Source of the DNA: Octopus bimaculoides
Lineage: Eukaryota
Assembly: GCF_001194135.2 (NCBI RefSeq)
Contig: NC_068989.1
Span: 26,554,493-26,618,492 of the forward strand
DNA length: 64,000 nt
Direction of reading: 5' to 3'
The translations under genes were made by a program, and so were the position numbers. The notes below the pieces were generated by a model, which was given only the letters and a program-made list of their open reading frames with translations, was not told the origin of the DNA and searched no databases. Below, in pieces: positions 28,307 to 42,118 of this stretch (the first letter of the stretch is position 1; every line of letters begins with the position of its first letter).

Positions 28307-28349
<43 letters not shown>
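27851..28349. repeat. (TTA)n and (TTA)n(TTG)n(TTA)n trinucleotide tracts flanking a LINE fragment
   Basis: Tracts at 27851-27899 and ~28225-28349. Confidence 0.97.
27900..28162 (-). mobile_element. R4/Dong-type (RLE) non-LTR retrotransposon 3' end with (TAA)n tail
   Basis: Minus-strand KTETIPIIVGALGIIKKYSDKY...IQKIALLGTAHILRKTLSIQ* plus 3'UTR; about 8 substitutions by eye relative to 53010-53273. Confidence 0.85.
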
Positions 28350-28743
28350 GTAAGGAAATCGATCGTGTGGCTGGGGTGGGAACAGGAATGGGTAGTATAT
28401 GTGGGAGTATAAACGTATATATGCACACGTATACGCCCATATATCTACGTGTATGCAATCGTACTTATATGAGTGTGCATACGCGCGTGGATGTACATTA
28501 ATACGCGCGCTTACACACAGACACGCACGCATACGCAAGCGCACCCGCACATGCACGCATTTGCACATATACACGCGCAGACATGCACAAGCGGTATGTA
28601 CAAGGGGTGAGAGTATACGAGTAGACAAGGATGGAGAAATGTTGGTGATTGGTACTTTGCAGTGCTTTTCATGGGGATTATTTGTGAGGGTGACTTTGTT
28701 GCAGACGGTGTTATTGCTGGCTGGTACTAAAGAGACACTTAAA

Positions 28744-28996
28744 ATATACTATGGCATAACAACAACTAAGATTTCAAATTTAAAAGGACATCTAGCAATC
28801 GACGAAGGGACAGAATCTTACAGCCGTTTCGGCGTAGCGGTGGCATGCCCTCAATTACTCCAGCGTACCGGAGTTATATAGATAGAAAGGGGCATGCCAA
28901 AGCTAGGCCAAAACAGCTGTAAGATTTTGTCCCTTCTTCGGTTGATAGATGTTCTTTTAAATTTGAAATCTTAACTGTTGATATGACATAATATGT
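28744..28996. mobile_element. Fold-back / MITE-like element: ~105-bp imperfect inverted arms, ~39-bp spacer
   Basis: Left arm 28744-28850 (taagatttcaaatttaaaaggacatcta...ggcatgccc) pairs with right arm 28890-28996 (gggcatgcc...tagatgttcttttaaatttgaaatctta). Confidence 0.8.
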
Positions 28997-29166
28997 CATA
29001 AGTGCTTGTATATTGTCTTTTTGGTTGTAAAATAAGCGGATTAATCAACAGAGTACAGTGTCTGCAAGTTAATGAGTACCTCATATTCCCCTCCATTTTT
29101 TTATTGCTATATAAATTTAGGGTAAAAACCCCCTTTACAAGCACCCACTTGGTATAACACTAGTTT

Positions 29167-29207
<41 letters not shown>

Positions 29208-29642
29208 GAAGAAATAAGTGATATAGGCATCCACTTTATACAGCTCAACCATTTAGCGCTCTGATAGAGCATCAATAATATAAAATTAAGAAGAGAAAAC
29301 AAATTCAAAGACCGATGTATGTATTCATTCAATCCACATTAACAAAATTCTCCNNNNNNNNNNNNNNNNNNNNNNNNNNNNNNNNNNNNNNNNNNNNNNN
29401 NNNNNNNNNNNNNNNNNNNNNNNNNNNNNNNNNNNNNNNNNNNNNNNNNNNNNNNNNNNNNNNNNNNNNNNNNNNNNNNNNNNNNNNNNNNNNNNNNNNN
29501 NNNNNNNNNNNNNNNNNNNNNNNNNNNNNNNNNNNNNNNNNNNNNNNNNNNNNNNNNNNNNNNNNNNNNNNNNNNNNNNNNNNNNNNNNNNNNNNNNNNN
29601 NNNNNNNNNNNNNNNNNNNNNNNNNNNNNNNNNNNNNNNNNN

Positions 29643-29673
<31 letters not shown>

Positions 29674-29789
29674 ACACGCACGTGCGCAGACGAGTGCACT
29701 GATGGGCGTGCATGCGTGTGTGCGCGCAAACAGGTATGTAAGCGTACATGCATGTGAATATATATATGTGTGAATACAGAAGCAAAGGA

Positions 29790-31260
29790 GATAGCCACGC
29801 ACCGTTATATAGAGGATCACGTGGCGAAGCAGTGTGACCATAAGTCTTATTTCCACTCTAATCCCAAATGCACGCTGATCAACGGTCTAAAATTTAGATA
29901 GATATTATTAGCAATCGTATCCTCGATACTATCAACTCCAATATCAGAAGGGCTTCAGGATTTACTAAATGTAGCCGTGGTCGACTTGTTCCGCGGTATC
30001 AAGAATAAATCAGCCTGTACATGCACCCAGTTCGACATTGTCGACTTTTACCCTTTCATATCTAAGCCCCTCCTTCTGAAGGCCTAAACGTTTACTTAGC
30101 AATACACAATCATTAGTGACCTTGACATCAGAATTATCATGAATACCAGAAAGTCAATTCTGGCTTACGATGATTTCTATTGAGTGAAAATAGAAGGCGA
30201 CCCATTGTTTGACGTCTGTATGGATGGCTTTGACGGGGCTGAGATCGCCGACATCTTTGGTTTATACATCTTGGATTCCTTCAAAAGACGTACACACCCT
30301 CATAGTTCGGCCCCCTATAAAGACGATGGCCTGGCTATCTCAAGCCATATGAATGGTCGCACCATAGAAAAGTTCATGAAGGACTTCAAAAAATATTTAA
30401 AGTGTTCGGCATGTCCATAACGGTTACGCCAACCTGACTACTGTCGATATCTTGCACGTAAACTTAGACATTAGTACTTGAAAGTATTACCCATACAGGA
30501 TGCCCAACGAGGACAAAGTACACGTTTCTAGGAATTAGTAAACGACTATCTACTCTCTCAGCTAATAGAGAGATCTTTAACAGGGTTACCCTCACTACAG
30601 CAATGCTTTGGAGCGGGTTTACTGAGAATCTTACTCTCGACTTACCCAAAAAGGATTAGGGCGAGGAGAAATTATATGGTACAAACCGAATTTCAGCCCA
30701 GACGTTTCTATCAACGTAGCTAGGAGCATCTGGTAGCTAATTAACACTTCTCCAGAGGCCATAATTAGTACAATCTATTTAACCACAGAGAGTGCCAGTT
30801 AACTATGCCTGCTTTAGCATCATCACATCTAACATCACACGCATCAACATACATAAAAAGGCATCCACACTACCCCAACCCCAACCTGCAACTCTCGAAA
30901 CCCCACCATGTGCCCTCTAGAAGAATCTTGCTTCCAAGAGCCTATTATAGAGAACCACCACTACATCAGCCAGCAGCATTACTAGACACTATATATTCCC
31001 AGCATATGCACTCGTTGAAATCCAGGGACAGAGAGAGCTCTACTACTGTGTTTCGGTTTCGGTGGAAACTCCGTGATCCCTGAGATGAAACAGTCAGCAT
31101 CAAGTGGACAGTTGTGGACAGAGCACTACCAAATTCACTCGGCGTCCCAACTGCCAGCTCTGCCTCCGCGAAAAACTCCATATCGTCCAGAATGCGTCAT
31201 TTTTATATAATCCTGCATTTATATTCGGGATTTTCTCCTTAATAATGGGGAATGAAAATA
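29790..31260 (+). mobile_element. Penelope-like retroelement relic (RT plus GIY-YIG), many stops
   Basis: DHKSYFHSNPKCTLIN; TQFDIVDFYP; FDVCMDGFDGAEIADIFGLYIL...YKDDGL (RT catalytic YxDD); WYKPNFS; IKWTVVDRA...CQLCLREKLHI. Confidence 0.85.
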
Positions 31261-31398
31261 ATCCTACTGTATCCGTAATTTGGGCAGAATCTAAAGATCC
31301 CATCGTGGCGTCGAAGTCAACATAGGTGTCACTACGTGTCCAACACTTATTATTGTAAGAGATTAAGGTTTTCCTCGCTATTAGTATTATATCTCTGT

Positions 31399-32187
31399 CT
31401 AATTGCTGCCTATATGAAATATATGATATATACGTATGTGTGTGGGTGTATGCGTATGTATATGCATGTATATATTTGTATGTATATATAAATTAATACA
31501 CATAAATACATTAGGTACAATCTGCTGTGAACAAAAAGTTTGTGGAATATTTTATTTCGTCTGTCATAAAATTTCTGAAGTTTTTGAAAGATATCATATT
31601 TCATTTTTCTTTTTGTTTTTGTTTTAAGTAGAACCTGTATAAGAGTGTTACTCTATGTACACCCTTATTATTCCTAATGCAAGAAGGTGCATAAATATTG
31701 AGCCTCGTCTATTTAAACGAAATTATATATCGGTTTTACAACAAGTTTATGCTCTGATTTTACCAAAGTATGATGTCTTAGTATTTTTCACAAATAAGAT
31801 ATTGCATCAAGTCCGCAGGTCACGCAAAACAAATTTTAAACTAACCGTAATATTGTCTGATAATAGTTGTCAATATCGAATTGGAAGAAGTAAGTATTAT
31901 TCTTGCATTTATGTGAGCAGAAACAAGTGATAGTATCCCCGGTACTATACCAAAGAGGCAATTTCACGCCTATTTTCTCATAGCGATTGAAAATTCAAAG
32001 AGGGCAACACTTTTCAAGAAACAATACCGTAGGGCTCTATTTATTGAGCGATTAAACTAAAGTATTAATTAGAAATGGACAACTTTGAAGATCGATAATC
32101 CTCCTCATCAAAACTAACATATATCTAAACAGAGACGGTACATATACGCCATTATAAATATGCAAATATATAACATATTAAAACACA

Positions 32188-32229
<42 letters not shown>

Positions 32230-35117
32230 NNNNNNNNNNNNNNNNNNNNNNNNNNNNNNNNNNNNNNNNNNNNNNNNNNNNNNNNNNNNNNNNNNNNNNN
32301 NNNNNNNNNNNNNNNNNNNNNNNNNNNNNNNNNNNNNNNNNNNNNNNNNNNNNNNNNNNNNNNNNNNNNNNNNNNNNNNNNNNNNNNNNNNNNNNNNNNN
32401 NNNNNNNNNNNNNNNNNNNNNNNNNNNNNNNNNNNNNNNNNNNNNNNNNNNNNNNNNNNNNNNNNNNNNNNNNNNNNNNNNNNNNNNNNNNNNNNNNNNN
32501 NNNNNNNNNNNNNNNNNNNNNNNNNNNNNNNNNNNNNNNNNNNNNNNNNNNNNNNNNNNNNNNNNNNNNNNNNNNNNNNNNNNNNNNNNNNNNNNNNNNN
32601 NNNNNNNNNNNNNNNNNNNNNNNNNNNNNNNNNNNNNNNNNNNNNNNNNNNNNNNNNNNNNNNNNNNNNNNNNNNNNNNNNNNNNNNNNNNNNNNNNNNN
32701 NNNNNNNNNNNNNNNNNNNNNNNNNNNNNNNNNNNNNNNNNNNNNNNNNNNNNNNNNNNNNNNNNNNNNNNNNNNNNNNNNNNNNNNNNNNNNNNNNNNN
32801 NNNNNNNNNNNNNNNNNNNNNNNNNNNNNNNNNNNNNNNNNNNNNNNNNNNNNNNNNNNNNNNNNNNNNNNNNNNNNNNNNNNNTATATATATGTATGTA
32901 TAAGTATATGTGTTATGTGAAATGATGTGTGTGTACACACGCATATTCAAGAGAGTGGGTTGAATATTTCATAGGTTAGTTATGAATAAGTTCCATTACA
33001 GCCGTGAAATATTGTATGCATTAATTTCCACTCTTGGTATTAATACTGCCTCCTTTTGTTCAATGTAAACTGATATATGACTGCTCAAACAGTACTTCAA
33101 AACTAGCTACTAGTGGTCTCTCTTGAAAACAGTTGAAATTTACCCTTACGGTGTTATCGAGTACCTGCAGGACATGAATAACTTATGAAAGCCACCTAGT
33201 GAAGACATGTAATGTTATATGTTACAGACATACTTTGGGAACCATTTCTCATTCGAGTAAAGTGTTATTGTTTGTAGAGGTGCATCTAGGAGTATGTCCT
33301 TTATCTCGGATTTGTTAGAGGAATTTGTCCAGGGTTAGTCTAAATGTTTGAACTGTTTAAATATAGTTTTAGATTCTTGAGCTGATCCAATAATCAGGTC
33401 CTCTCGTGTTGCCTTGCATTTTGTGGTTGATCTTTGGGGCGCTTCATTTTATATACATTGTTCCTTTTATGAAACTGCAGCAGACAAATGTATTCAAGGT
33501 GAAGGCACAACTACTTGTAGCGTATTTTGTGTAGGGAATCATATTTTATTGCATGTATGTGTGCATGGAACCTTTTTATCATTCTCCATAGTTTCTCTTG
33601 ACTCTTTATTGTTATTTGATTTAGAATGGTAGAGCAACAATCGAAAATGAAAATAATGTAAATTATTCTGTTAATGATTTACATCAGGAATCATAATGCT
33701 TTCAACACAACATCTTTTTACAAATTTATTCCAAGTTGTTATAATTAATAATTTGGAAAAACGAATCCTTGAATTTACATCAATAAACATTTTCGCAGGC
33801 TTTTCAAAAGGATGGTACCTGTTGAAAACTGATAGAAATATCATAAACAGCATTCACTAATGTTGTGGTAATATTATAAAAATACAAACGCTAAATATAA
33901 CTGAATCATTTAAATGCTAAATGAATTGTCTTTCTACAGGCGACGTATTTCTAAAAATGGACGCATTCCATTAAATATATGAAATATACATCATTGATCT
34001 TTAAAAAGACATTTTAGATTACTCTAGAAAATTCGTAATCAACACATAACAAGCGAATCATTAATGTGAGATATCTATAAAGAACAATACATTGCTTTAA
34101 ATGACTTTACATTAAATTAACCGTCGTATTCTATAATCGGTGGCCACTAATTGCTGCCTATATGAAATATATGATATATACGTGTGTGTGGGTGTATGCG
34201 TATGTATATGCATGTATATATTTGTATGTATATATAAGTTAACACACATAAATACATACCTCACCCACGAAAACTTTCATATACCCATATACACACAGAA
34301 GTGCACATTCTCACAAATGCAGCCACTCACACATATACATTGCGTGACTATGTGTGTTGCACTTACGTTTGTAATCTCACAACATATACTGTCACCCTGA
34401 AGTTTGCTTGATCGAAGCCTTTCGAGCAATGAAAAAACATTGAATCGGGAACGTAATTATTCAATCATACCTAGTTTCAGTATATCACAAAACTTCTACA
34501 AATACAGCAGAACGGAGGATAATTAATATTTGGTTCAATCTGCTATGCGGTAATACATGGATCGATCNNNNNNNNNNNNNNNNNNNNNNNNNNNNNNNNN
34601 NNNNNNNNNNNNNNNNNNNNNNNNNNNNNNNNNNNNNNNNNNNNNNNNNNNNNNNNNNNNNNNNNNNNNNNNNNNNNNNNNNNNNNNNNNNNNNNNNNNN
34701 NNNNNNNNNNNNNNNNNNNNNNNNNNNNNNNNNNNNNNNNNNNNNNNNNNNNNNNNNNNNNNNNNNNNNNNNNNNNNNNNNNNNNNNNNNNNNNNNNNNN
34801 NNNNNNNNNNNNNNNNNNNNNNNNNNCCGTCTGTCATAAAATTTCTGAAGTTTTTGAAAGATATCATATTTAATTTTTTTTGTTTTTATTTTCAGTAGAA
34901 CCTGTAGAAGAGTGTTACTCTATGTACATCCTTATTATTCCTAATGCAAGAAGGTGCATAAATATTGAGCCTCGTCTATTTAAACGAAATTATATATCGG
35001 TTTTACAAAAAGTTTATGCTCTGATTTTACCAAAGTATGATGACTTAGTATTTTTCACAAATAAGATATTGCATCAAGTCCGCAGGTCACGCAAAACAAA
35101 TTTTAAACTGACCGTAA
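31399..35117 (+). repeat. Local direct duplication in two blocks: 31399-31511 with 34147-34257, and 31558-31850 with 34828-35117
   Basis: Near-identical text with scattered substitutions (e.g. gtataag/gtagaag, tacacc/tacatc, caacaag/caaaaag, gatgtc/gatgac). Confidence 0.9.
33230..33640 (-). mobile_element. Decayed CR1/L2-like LINE 3' end
   Basis: Minus-strand TFRLTLDKFL*QIRDK resembles the terminal FKxxLDxFLxxIPD motif of these LINEs. Confidence 0.45.
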
Positions 35118-36752
35118 AAGACTTCGGCAACGAACACAAAGATAACAATATGAATGCCTACAAAGAACGACTTCCCTGGAATACACACCGTTAAAATGGA
35201 CTGAAAAGCATATATCGAAATACGTTAATCAAAATAATAAATACCAATGCCTACGTCTCTTTAACATCTAAAGTAAACATACATGCATACTCAAACAGAC
35301 ACATACTTTGTTCCACAAATTCACGGACATTCATTTATATATACGTGTGTCTCTATATATCTGTGTATCTGATTTTATGTGCATGCATGTCTAACAGAGA
35401 GCTCAGTACCTTGTATTAAACAGGGTAGGCATTATGTAACTGACTGTACTCAATGTGCGATTGTGTAACCTTATTTCAGCATAGGAACTTCAGAGCCATG
35501 GTAGTTTATGAGTCAGTTACCAGACAAGCAAAAGTATTTGCATGCGTGCAGAGACTCAGCATATCAAAGTGATAAATTGGCCTACAATGTTGTTAAGTTC
35601 ACTGAGAACATATATGTGTTGTAGCATATACGTTGCAATATAACTTTAGGTATAGCCAATGTTAATACATCGATCGATATCGAACAATATGAATCTAAAA
35701 TTTTAAATGCTATTTATTTTATGTTTTTACAGCAGAAGACATTAGCTACCTACCAGCATATTAGTATACAACTTTTAATATCTTTCTAAAATAGAGAACT
35801 AATTCAGTAATAAATATTTAATGAAATATATGCATGGGAGCGTTGTTTTGCGCGTGTGAGCGTTTATGTATATATGTATGTATCATAGACAGAGCATTTG
35901 TTTTCAAGACAGAATATGTGTATATGTGTGTGCGTGCGTTTGTGAGTGTGTAGGATGTATGTATTTACATGTGCGTGTGAGTGTGTTTGTGTGTGTGTGT
36001 GTGTGTTTCTGTAAAAGGCGTTCCACTTTTATCTCCTTCACTAAGGATGTGAAAAGTTAAGATATTGCTAATAATTTCCCCCAAACCTAATCTCTTTATG
36101 CAAGTTAGTAGCGTATATTGTTTTATGACGTATTTTATTGTCGTAGTTTAGCTTTCAAATTTTGTAAACACAACGGTGTCTTGCAAAACTCCTTTGATAG
36201 ATGTCACACCAGTATAGCATGCGGCATTTTACATACGCGTGTACATAAAACCCCTGATATAAATATATTCTCTTAATCGAAAAACACAAAAAACATAAAC
36301 GAAAGGACGTACGACTTACTTAAATAAGCTGTGTGCAGGGGCAATTCCCAGGTGATTTCATCTTCTCGCAGACAACGGGTCGTCATAGATGTATAGAGGA
36401 ATAAAGGGGGAAGGAAAACAACATATTATGATCGCAAAATTTAATTGTTTTATGACTCAGACATAGAAGACACATCATTAGGTTGGCGGAAATAGAAAAA
36501 GTAGAAGCAATATCAGTTTTCATTTTGAAGGTAAGGGAATAACGTGTAAAACAAAAGAGATTACGAGATTTAAAATGTTTAAAATTTAAAGACTAATTAT
36601 TGCAAGGATTTTCTAAACATTTTCACGTTATGTAATATAAAAAGAAAAAAGATGTAAGCAAAAATATGTAAGCCATCTACTTTAGATCTATTAAGTTTAT
36701 TCAGTTATGTAAAAACCTTGCAATAATATATCCTGAAAATGTCCATTATGAA

Positions 36753-36815
<63 letters not shown>

Positions 36816-36934
36816 NNNNNNNNNNCATACACACATACACATATACATAGATACAACTATATATACATACATGCGCATGTATACAGACACATATGTGGAT
36901 AGATAGATATGACTGGTGTGTATTAATGTATCAC

Positions 36935-37014
<80 letters not shown>

Positions 37015-37461
37015 ATACGTTTGTATGTATGTATCTGTGTGTGTAGATATATATGTACTCATATATATGTAGATATTTTCTTATTTGGTTGCTAGTCTAC
37101 ATTGATATAGATTTGCAAGTTTACATATATCAGCATATAGTTCAACATACATGAATCCCAATGTAGGAGCAAATGAATCACCTCATTCAATTGTGGCCTT
37201 CAAAGCGTAAGCTATTTCTTTACACACAAGGAAATATAAACGTAATTTTGCTGGCTACAATTTTTTTAAGGATAATAATTGGAATTATAAATAGCGCTAT
37301 TAACAGAAGGCCCAACTGGTTTGCTAAATGGATTACTTCGTAGATAGTATTCATTAAATTGAAGTAGCTCATGGTATGGTAATTAGAATATAATTTAATC
37401 ACCGACTCTAATATAGATACATGCACACGTACTGAGATATACATATATATACGTATGTATA

Positions 37462-37493
<32 letters not shown>

Positions 37494-38099
37494 NNNNNNN
37501 NNNNNNNNNNNNNNNNNNNNNNNNNNNNNNNNNNNNNNNNNNNNNNNNNNNNNNNNNNNNNNNNNNNNNNNNNNNNNNNNNNNNNNNNNNNNNNNNNNNN
37601 NNNNNNNNNNNNNNNNNNNNNNNNNNNNNNNNNNNNNNNNNNNNNNNNNNNNNNNNNNNNNNNNNNNNNNNNNNNNNNNNNNNNNNNNNNNNNNNNNNNN
37701 NNNNNNNNNNNNNNNNNNNNNNNNNNNNNNNNNNNNNNNNNNNNNNNNNNNNNNNNNNNNNNNNNNNNNNNNNNNNNNNNNNNNNNNNNNNNNNNNNNNN
37801 NNNNNNNNNNNNNNNNNNNNNNNNNNNNNNNNNNNNNNNNNNNNNNNNNNNNNNNNNNNNNNNNNNNNNNNNNNNNNNNNNNNNNNNNNNNNNNNNNNNN
37901 NNNNNNNNNNNNNNNNNNNNNNNNNNNNNNNNNNNNNNNNNNNNNNNNNNNNNNNNNNNNNNNNNNNNNNNNNNNNNNNNNNNNNNNNNNNNNNNNNNNN
38001 NNNNNNNNNNNNNNNNNNNNNNNNNNNNNNNNNNNNNNNNNNATATATATATATATAAAGAATCTCTGAGCGAGGTAAAAACAGCAGCTGCATGATATC

Positions 38100-38228
38100 G
38101 TGAAGCATATTTGCTACCTAAATGTGGCTAACCTGTAAGGGTTGATGCTACTGTAGCTTTAGCCCCAGGAAGACATCTCCTCCAGCTGGTTTTTGACACA
38201 CTTTCTCTGCCCTATCAGTATTTGCAAG
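38100..38228 (+). repeat. Copy of unclassified ~170-bp dispersed repeat family ('GTGAAG family')
   Basis: gtgaagcatatttgctacctaaatgtggc...gatgctactgt...ccccaggaagacatctcctccagctgg...gacacac; matches 42119, 54687(-), 54931(-), 58295. Confidence 0.8.
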
Positions 38229-39876
38229 TTCCCAAATTTGAAGCCAATCAGTTGGGTATTTCATCAGTGAGAACTTCAATTATAGGCTAATTAGATTTCA
38301 ATAAAAATCTATAATGGACCCCCTTGGTGGGGTTGGGGTTGTATTTGATAAAATCGGAAGGTTGCAAAGTGTGGTGGAATAGTGACTGTGACTGGTATCA
38401 GGAAAGGGGGGAACAAATGTGTGTAAGCGACAAATTTAGAATAGCAGTGGTACAGTAACGATAATACAGCTAACAATCAGGGATATACACGTGATGTTGC
38501 ATACATACTTTCGTAAATACACACACACACACACATATCTGTCAGTCAAACAGTGACCAACAGCAGAATGTATAGTCAAGTCTACTGGGTGTCTGAGAAT
38601 ATATGCCTAGGTTGTGAATAAAAGTGTAAAGCGGCCGTGGCCATTTGCGTGGAGATTGCGTTTTATTGATTAATTTTCAGTCATCATCAACCAATGAGCG
38701 ATAGTTTGGCGTGGCGCTGTCTTCGTGTGTGCTTCTTCTGTTTGACGTATTGAAGTGGAAGATGAAGCTAATGGGTGTACGTCTGTATGTATGTGTGTGC
38801 GTTTGTCCTTGTTAGTGTGTGTGTGCGCGTGCGCTTGTTCTTGTGTGTGTGTGCCTGCTTGTTCTTGTGTGTGTTAGTGTGCATGAGCGTGATCTGTTTT
38901 TATGTATTTATATGTGTGGAGTAAGCTACCGGGATTACGTGTGTGTGTGTGTTTGTGTATGTGTACGTGTGTATGTGTGTGTGTGTGCGCATGTGTGCGT
39001 CTGTATGTGCAACTGTCTTTTGTTTTTATGTATTTATGTGTGTGGAATGTAGATATAACAAGACGATGTCGCATTTTATACTTGAGAAAAGCCTTGCATA
39101 TTTGCTCTTACTTGATTCACACACTCACAAGAACAAGTACGTACACACACACATACATACACTGACACAAGAACAAGCACGCAACACACACATACAAACC
39201 TGCATCCATTAGCTGCCACACCATTAGGAGAAACACGGTATATATGTAAAATTTTATAGGCGTTGCCTGAAAAAGCTGGGAAAAAGAACTGAAACATGTG
39301 CACACACAAAAGGATTACAGAATGTCATAATAATAAACTTTAAAAAGTATGGGATCAGCATTGTTGCTGAAAAATATTGTAATCATTATACGTTGTAAAT
39401 TCTGTGGCATCAATTTTCTCTCAAGAAATTTGTTTGATTCGTCGAAATTAAATTATATTAAATATTAATTGTGTTGAATTGTCGTATACTCAATTTCAAT
39501 AGAAAAATTATATAAAAATACTAATGTTATCTTTAAGCAATACTTCAATTTTATGAATGATATTTTTTATAAATTTAGAAGTAATCAATCCAAATTAATT
39601 TAGTAATAATTTGTTTAATTCGCATAACTATTCCCTTAATATGTGTATCATAATGGGAATTATCTTTGCTTATATTTCGGTTTCGTACTTTCGCTGTTAT
39701 ATAGATTTGATTTCATCATAAATTCAGTTTTTTTTTTTTATTATTATCATGGTAATTTGCACACAGTGTGAAATATGATTTTTATATACTTTGCTATGAA
39801 GAGTATTATAATTATTTACTTATTCGCAGTTAAAGATCATATTTTGTACATTTTCAAATTGTATATTAAGAACTCG

Positions 39877-40260
39877 GTGGAGGCGCAATGGCCCAGTGGT
39901 ATGGGCAGCGGACTCGCGATCATAGGATCGCGGTTTCGATTCCCAGACCGGGTGTTGTGAGTGTTTATCGAGCGAAAACACCTAAAGCTTCACCAGGCTC
40001 CGGCAGGGGATGGTGGCGAACCCTGCTGTACTCTTTCACCACAACTTTCTCTCACTCTTACTTCCTGTTTCTTTTGTGCCTGTAATTCAAAGGGTCAGCC
40101 GTGTCACACTCTGTCACGCTGAATATCCCCGAGAACTACGTTAAGGGTACACCTGTCTGTGGAGTACTCACCCAACTGCACGTTAATTTCACAAGCAGGT
40201 TGTTCCGTTGATCGGATCAACTGGAACCATCGACGTCGAAAGCGACGGAGTGCCAACAAC
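39877..40260 (+). mobile_element. Full-length tRNA-derived SINE with CAA tail and 12-bp TSD
   Basis: A-box tggcccagtgg, B-box ggtttcgattccc; TSD attaagaactcg (39865-39876) / attaagagctcg (40265-40276); second copy at 48758. Confidence 0.9.
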
Positions 40261-41129
40261 AAAAATTAAGAGCTCGATTTAATAATTATCGAGACATCAT
40301 ACTTCACACATAAGTCTCTTTTTGCATTAAGATGACACAGTATGTGCAGCATATAGTCATAACTATTTTTTTGAGCAAAAATACTAATGAATTATTGCGT
40401 AAAGATGACTTCAGTATTTCTACAAAATTGTTTTGTTAAAACTGAGTATACGGAAATTTAACATAATTAATTCTTAATATAACATAATTTGGATGAGCTA
40501 AACAAATGTCTTCTGATAAAAGGATGCCACACAATGTACAATATATAGTAATTCCAAAATATTTGAGCAACAATGCTAGACTCATATTTTTAAGGTTTAT
40601 TATGAAATTATGTAATCCATTCGAACCTGCGCATTTTTCAATTCTAGGATATATATATATATATATATATATATACGGACACACACACACATATATATAC
40701 ACACACATATACATATATATCTATATATACACACGCACACACATATATGTATCTTATATGATATATGTACATACATACATATATATGTGTGTGTGTGTGT
40801 GTGTGTGCGTGCGTGCGTGTGTATTTGTTTTGCAAGATTCTTGATGTGAAATCGTGTGTTGAAACAGATATTATTATGTTTGGGGATGGTCATCTTGCCA
40901 GTTTAGCCAATAAAAACACACGCACTATATATTTGGTGTTAATTTGCTTCAGCTTTATATTACATTAATCGTATTTTAGCCGGAGTTATTTTGTCACACT
41001 CCTATTTAGATTGACATATGACAAGGTATATCTAGATAAACATGACCTTAGAAGTTTCTGCCCTAGTAGACGTTTAAGAGGTAAACCACCCACAATTACT
41101 TCTATGGCAAGGAAGACGCCTATAGAGAG

Positions 41130-41710
41130 ATGGGGCGGGTGGATCAGAGCCATACAGATCCCCGCAAATGATCATGAGGTAAAGAAATGATCGCACATGC
41201 ACTAGGAGCTAGTATAAGAGTTACCCTAAAAGGCCACACGTTTAAGTTTAACAGCAACATATACGCCCAGGACGGGGGCAGCCATCGGTGTTAGTATCGC
41301 CGGTGATGTGCCCAACCTCTTCATGGTGTGGTGGGACAGAAGGCTTAAGGAGCGCCTGACAGAACGCCTGACACAGAACTCCATACTTCTGAATATGTAC
41401 TCTCGACATGTCAAAGGTATCAACGTAGTGGTAAAGACCCCCCCCCCACCAAGAGCGTACTCTTGAAATAGAAATAGAAACTAATACTATTGAGAGCAAC
41501 CAGCAAATAGCTGCGAATAATAAAACCTGAAACCTTCATTCACACTATGGTAAACGTATGACCTCAAAATACCTGATCCACTAGAACTCAGCTATCGCGG
41601 ACAATGCCAAATTCAATATATTGGTAGCAGACCTCGTCAGAGTAATGCGAAATGTGTCCCGCATGTACGACCCTACAGAGTTAAAGAGACACATACAACA
41701 TTTCGTTTAC
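41130..41710 (+). mobile_element. Penelope-like RT fragment
   Basis: GHTFKFNSNIYAQ...AIGVSIAGDVPNLFMVWWDRRLK...YSRHVKGINVVV (degenerate YVDD); NAKFNILVADLVRVMRNVSRMYDPTELKRHIQHFV; cut by a gap. Confidence 0.8.
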
Positions 41711-42118
41711 NNNNNNNNNNNNNNNNNNNNNNNNNNNNNNNNNNNNNNNNNNNNNNNNNNNNNNNNNNNNNNNNNNNNNNNNNNNNNNNNNNNNNNNNNN
41801 NNNNNNNNNNNNNNNNNNNNNNNNNNNNNNNNNNNNNNNNNNNNNNNNNNNNNNNNNNNNNNNNNNNNNNNNNNNNNNNNNNNNNNNNNNNNNNNNNNNN
41901 NNNNNNNNNNNNNNNNNNNNNNNNNNNNNNNNNNNNNNNNNNNNNNNNNNNNNNNNNNNNNNNNNNNNNNNNNNNNNNNNNNNNNNNNNNNNNNNNNNNN
42001 NNNNNNNNNNNNNNNNNNNNNNNNNNNNNNNNNNNNNNNNNNNNNNNNNNNNNNNNNNNNNNNNNNNNNNNNNNNNNNNNNNNNNNNNNNNNNNNNNNNN
42101 NNNNNNNNNNNNNNNNNA

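Noticed and set aside
27959-28501. 180-aa ORF with poly-Leu resembling a membrane protein, and its twin at 52885-53214(-)
   Set aside because: Antisense reading of the R4/Dong 3' end plus a (TTA)n tract.
31300-31325. Possible decayed hammerhead after the 29790-31260 Penelope relic; also cgaaacgtcagg at ~7775
   Set aside because: Core nucleotides are missing; too degenerate to support.
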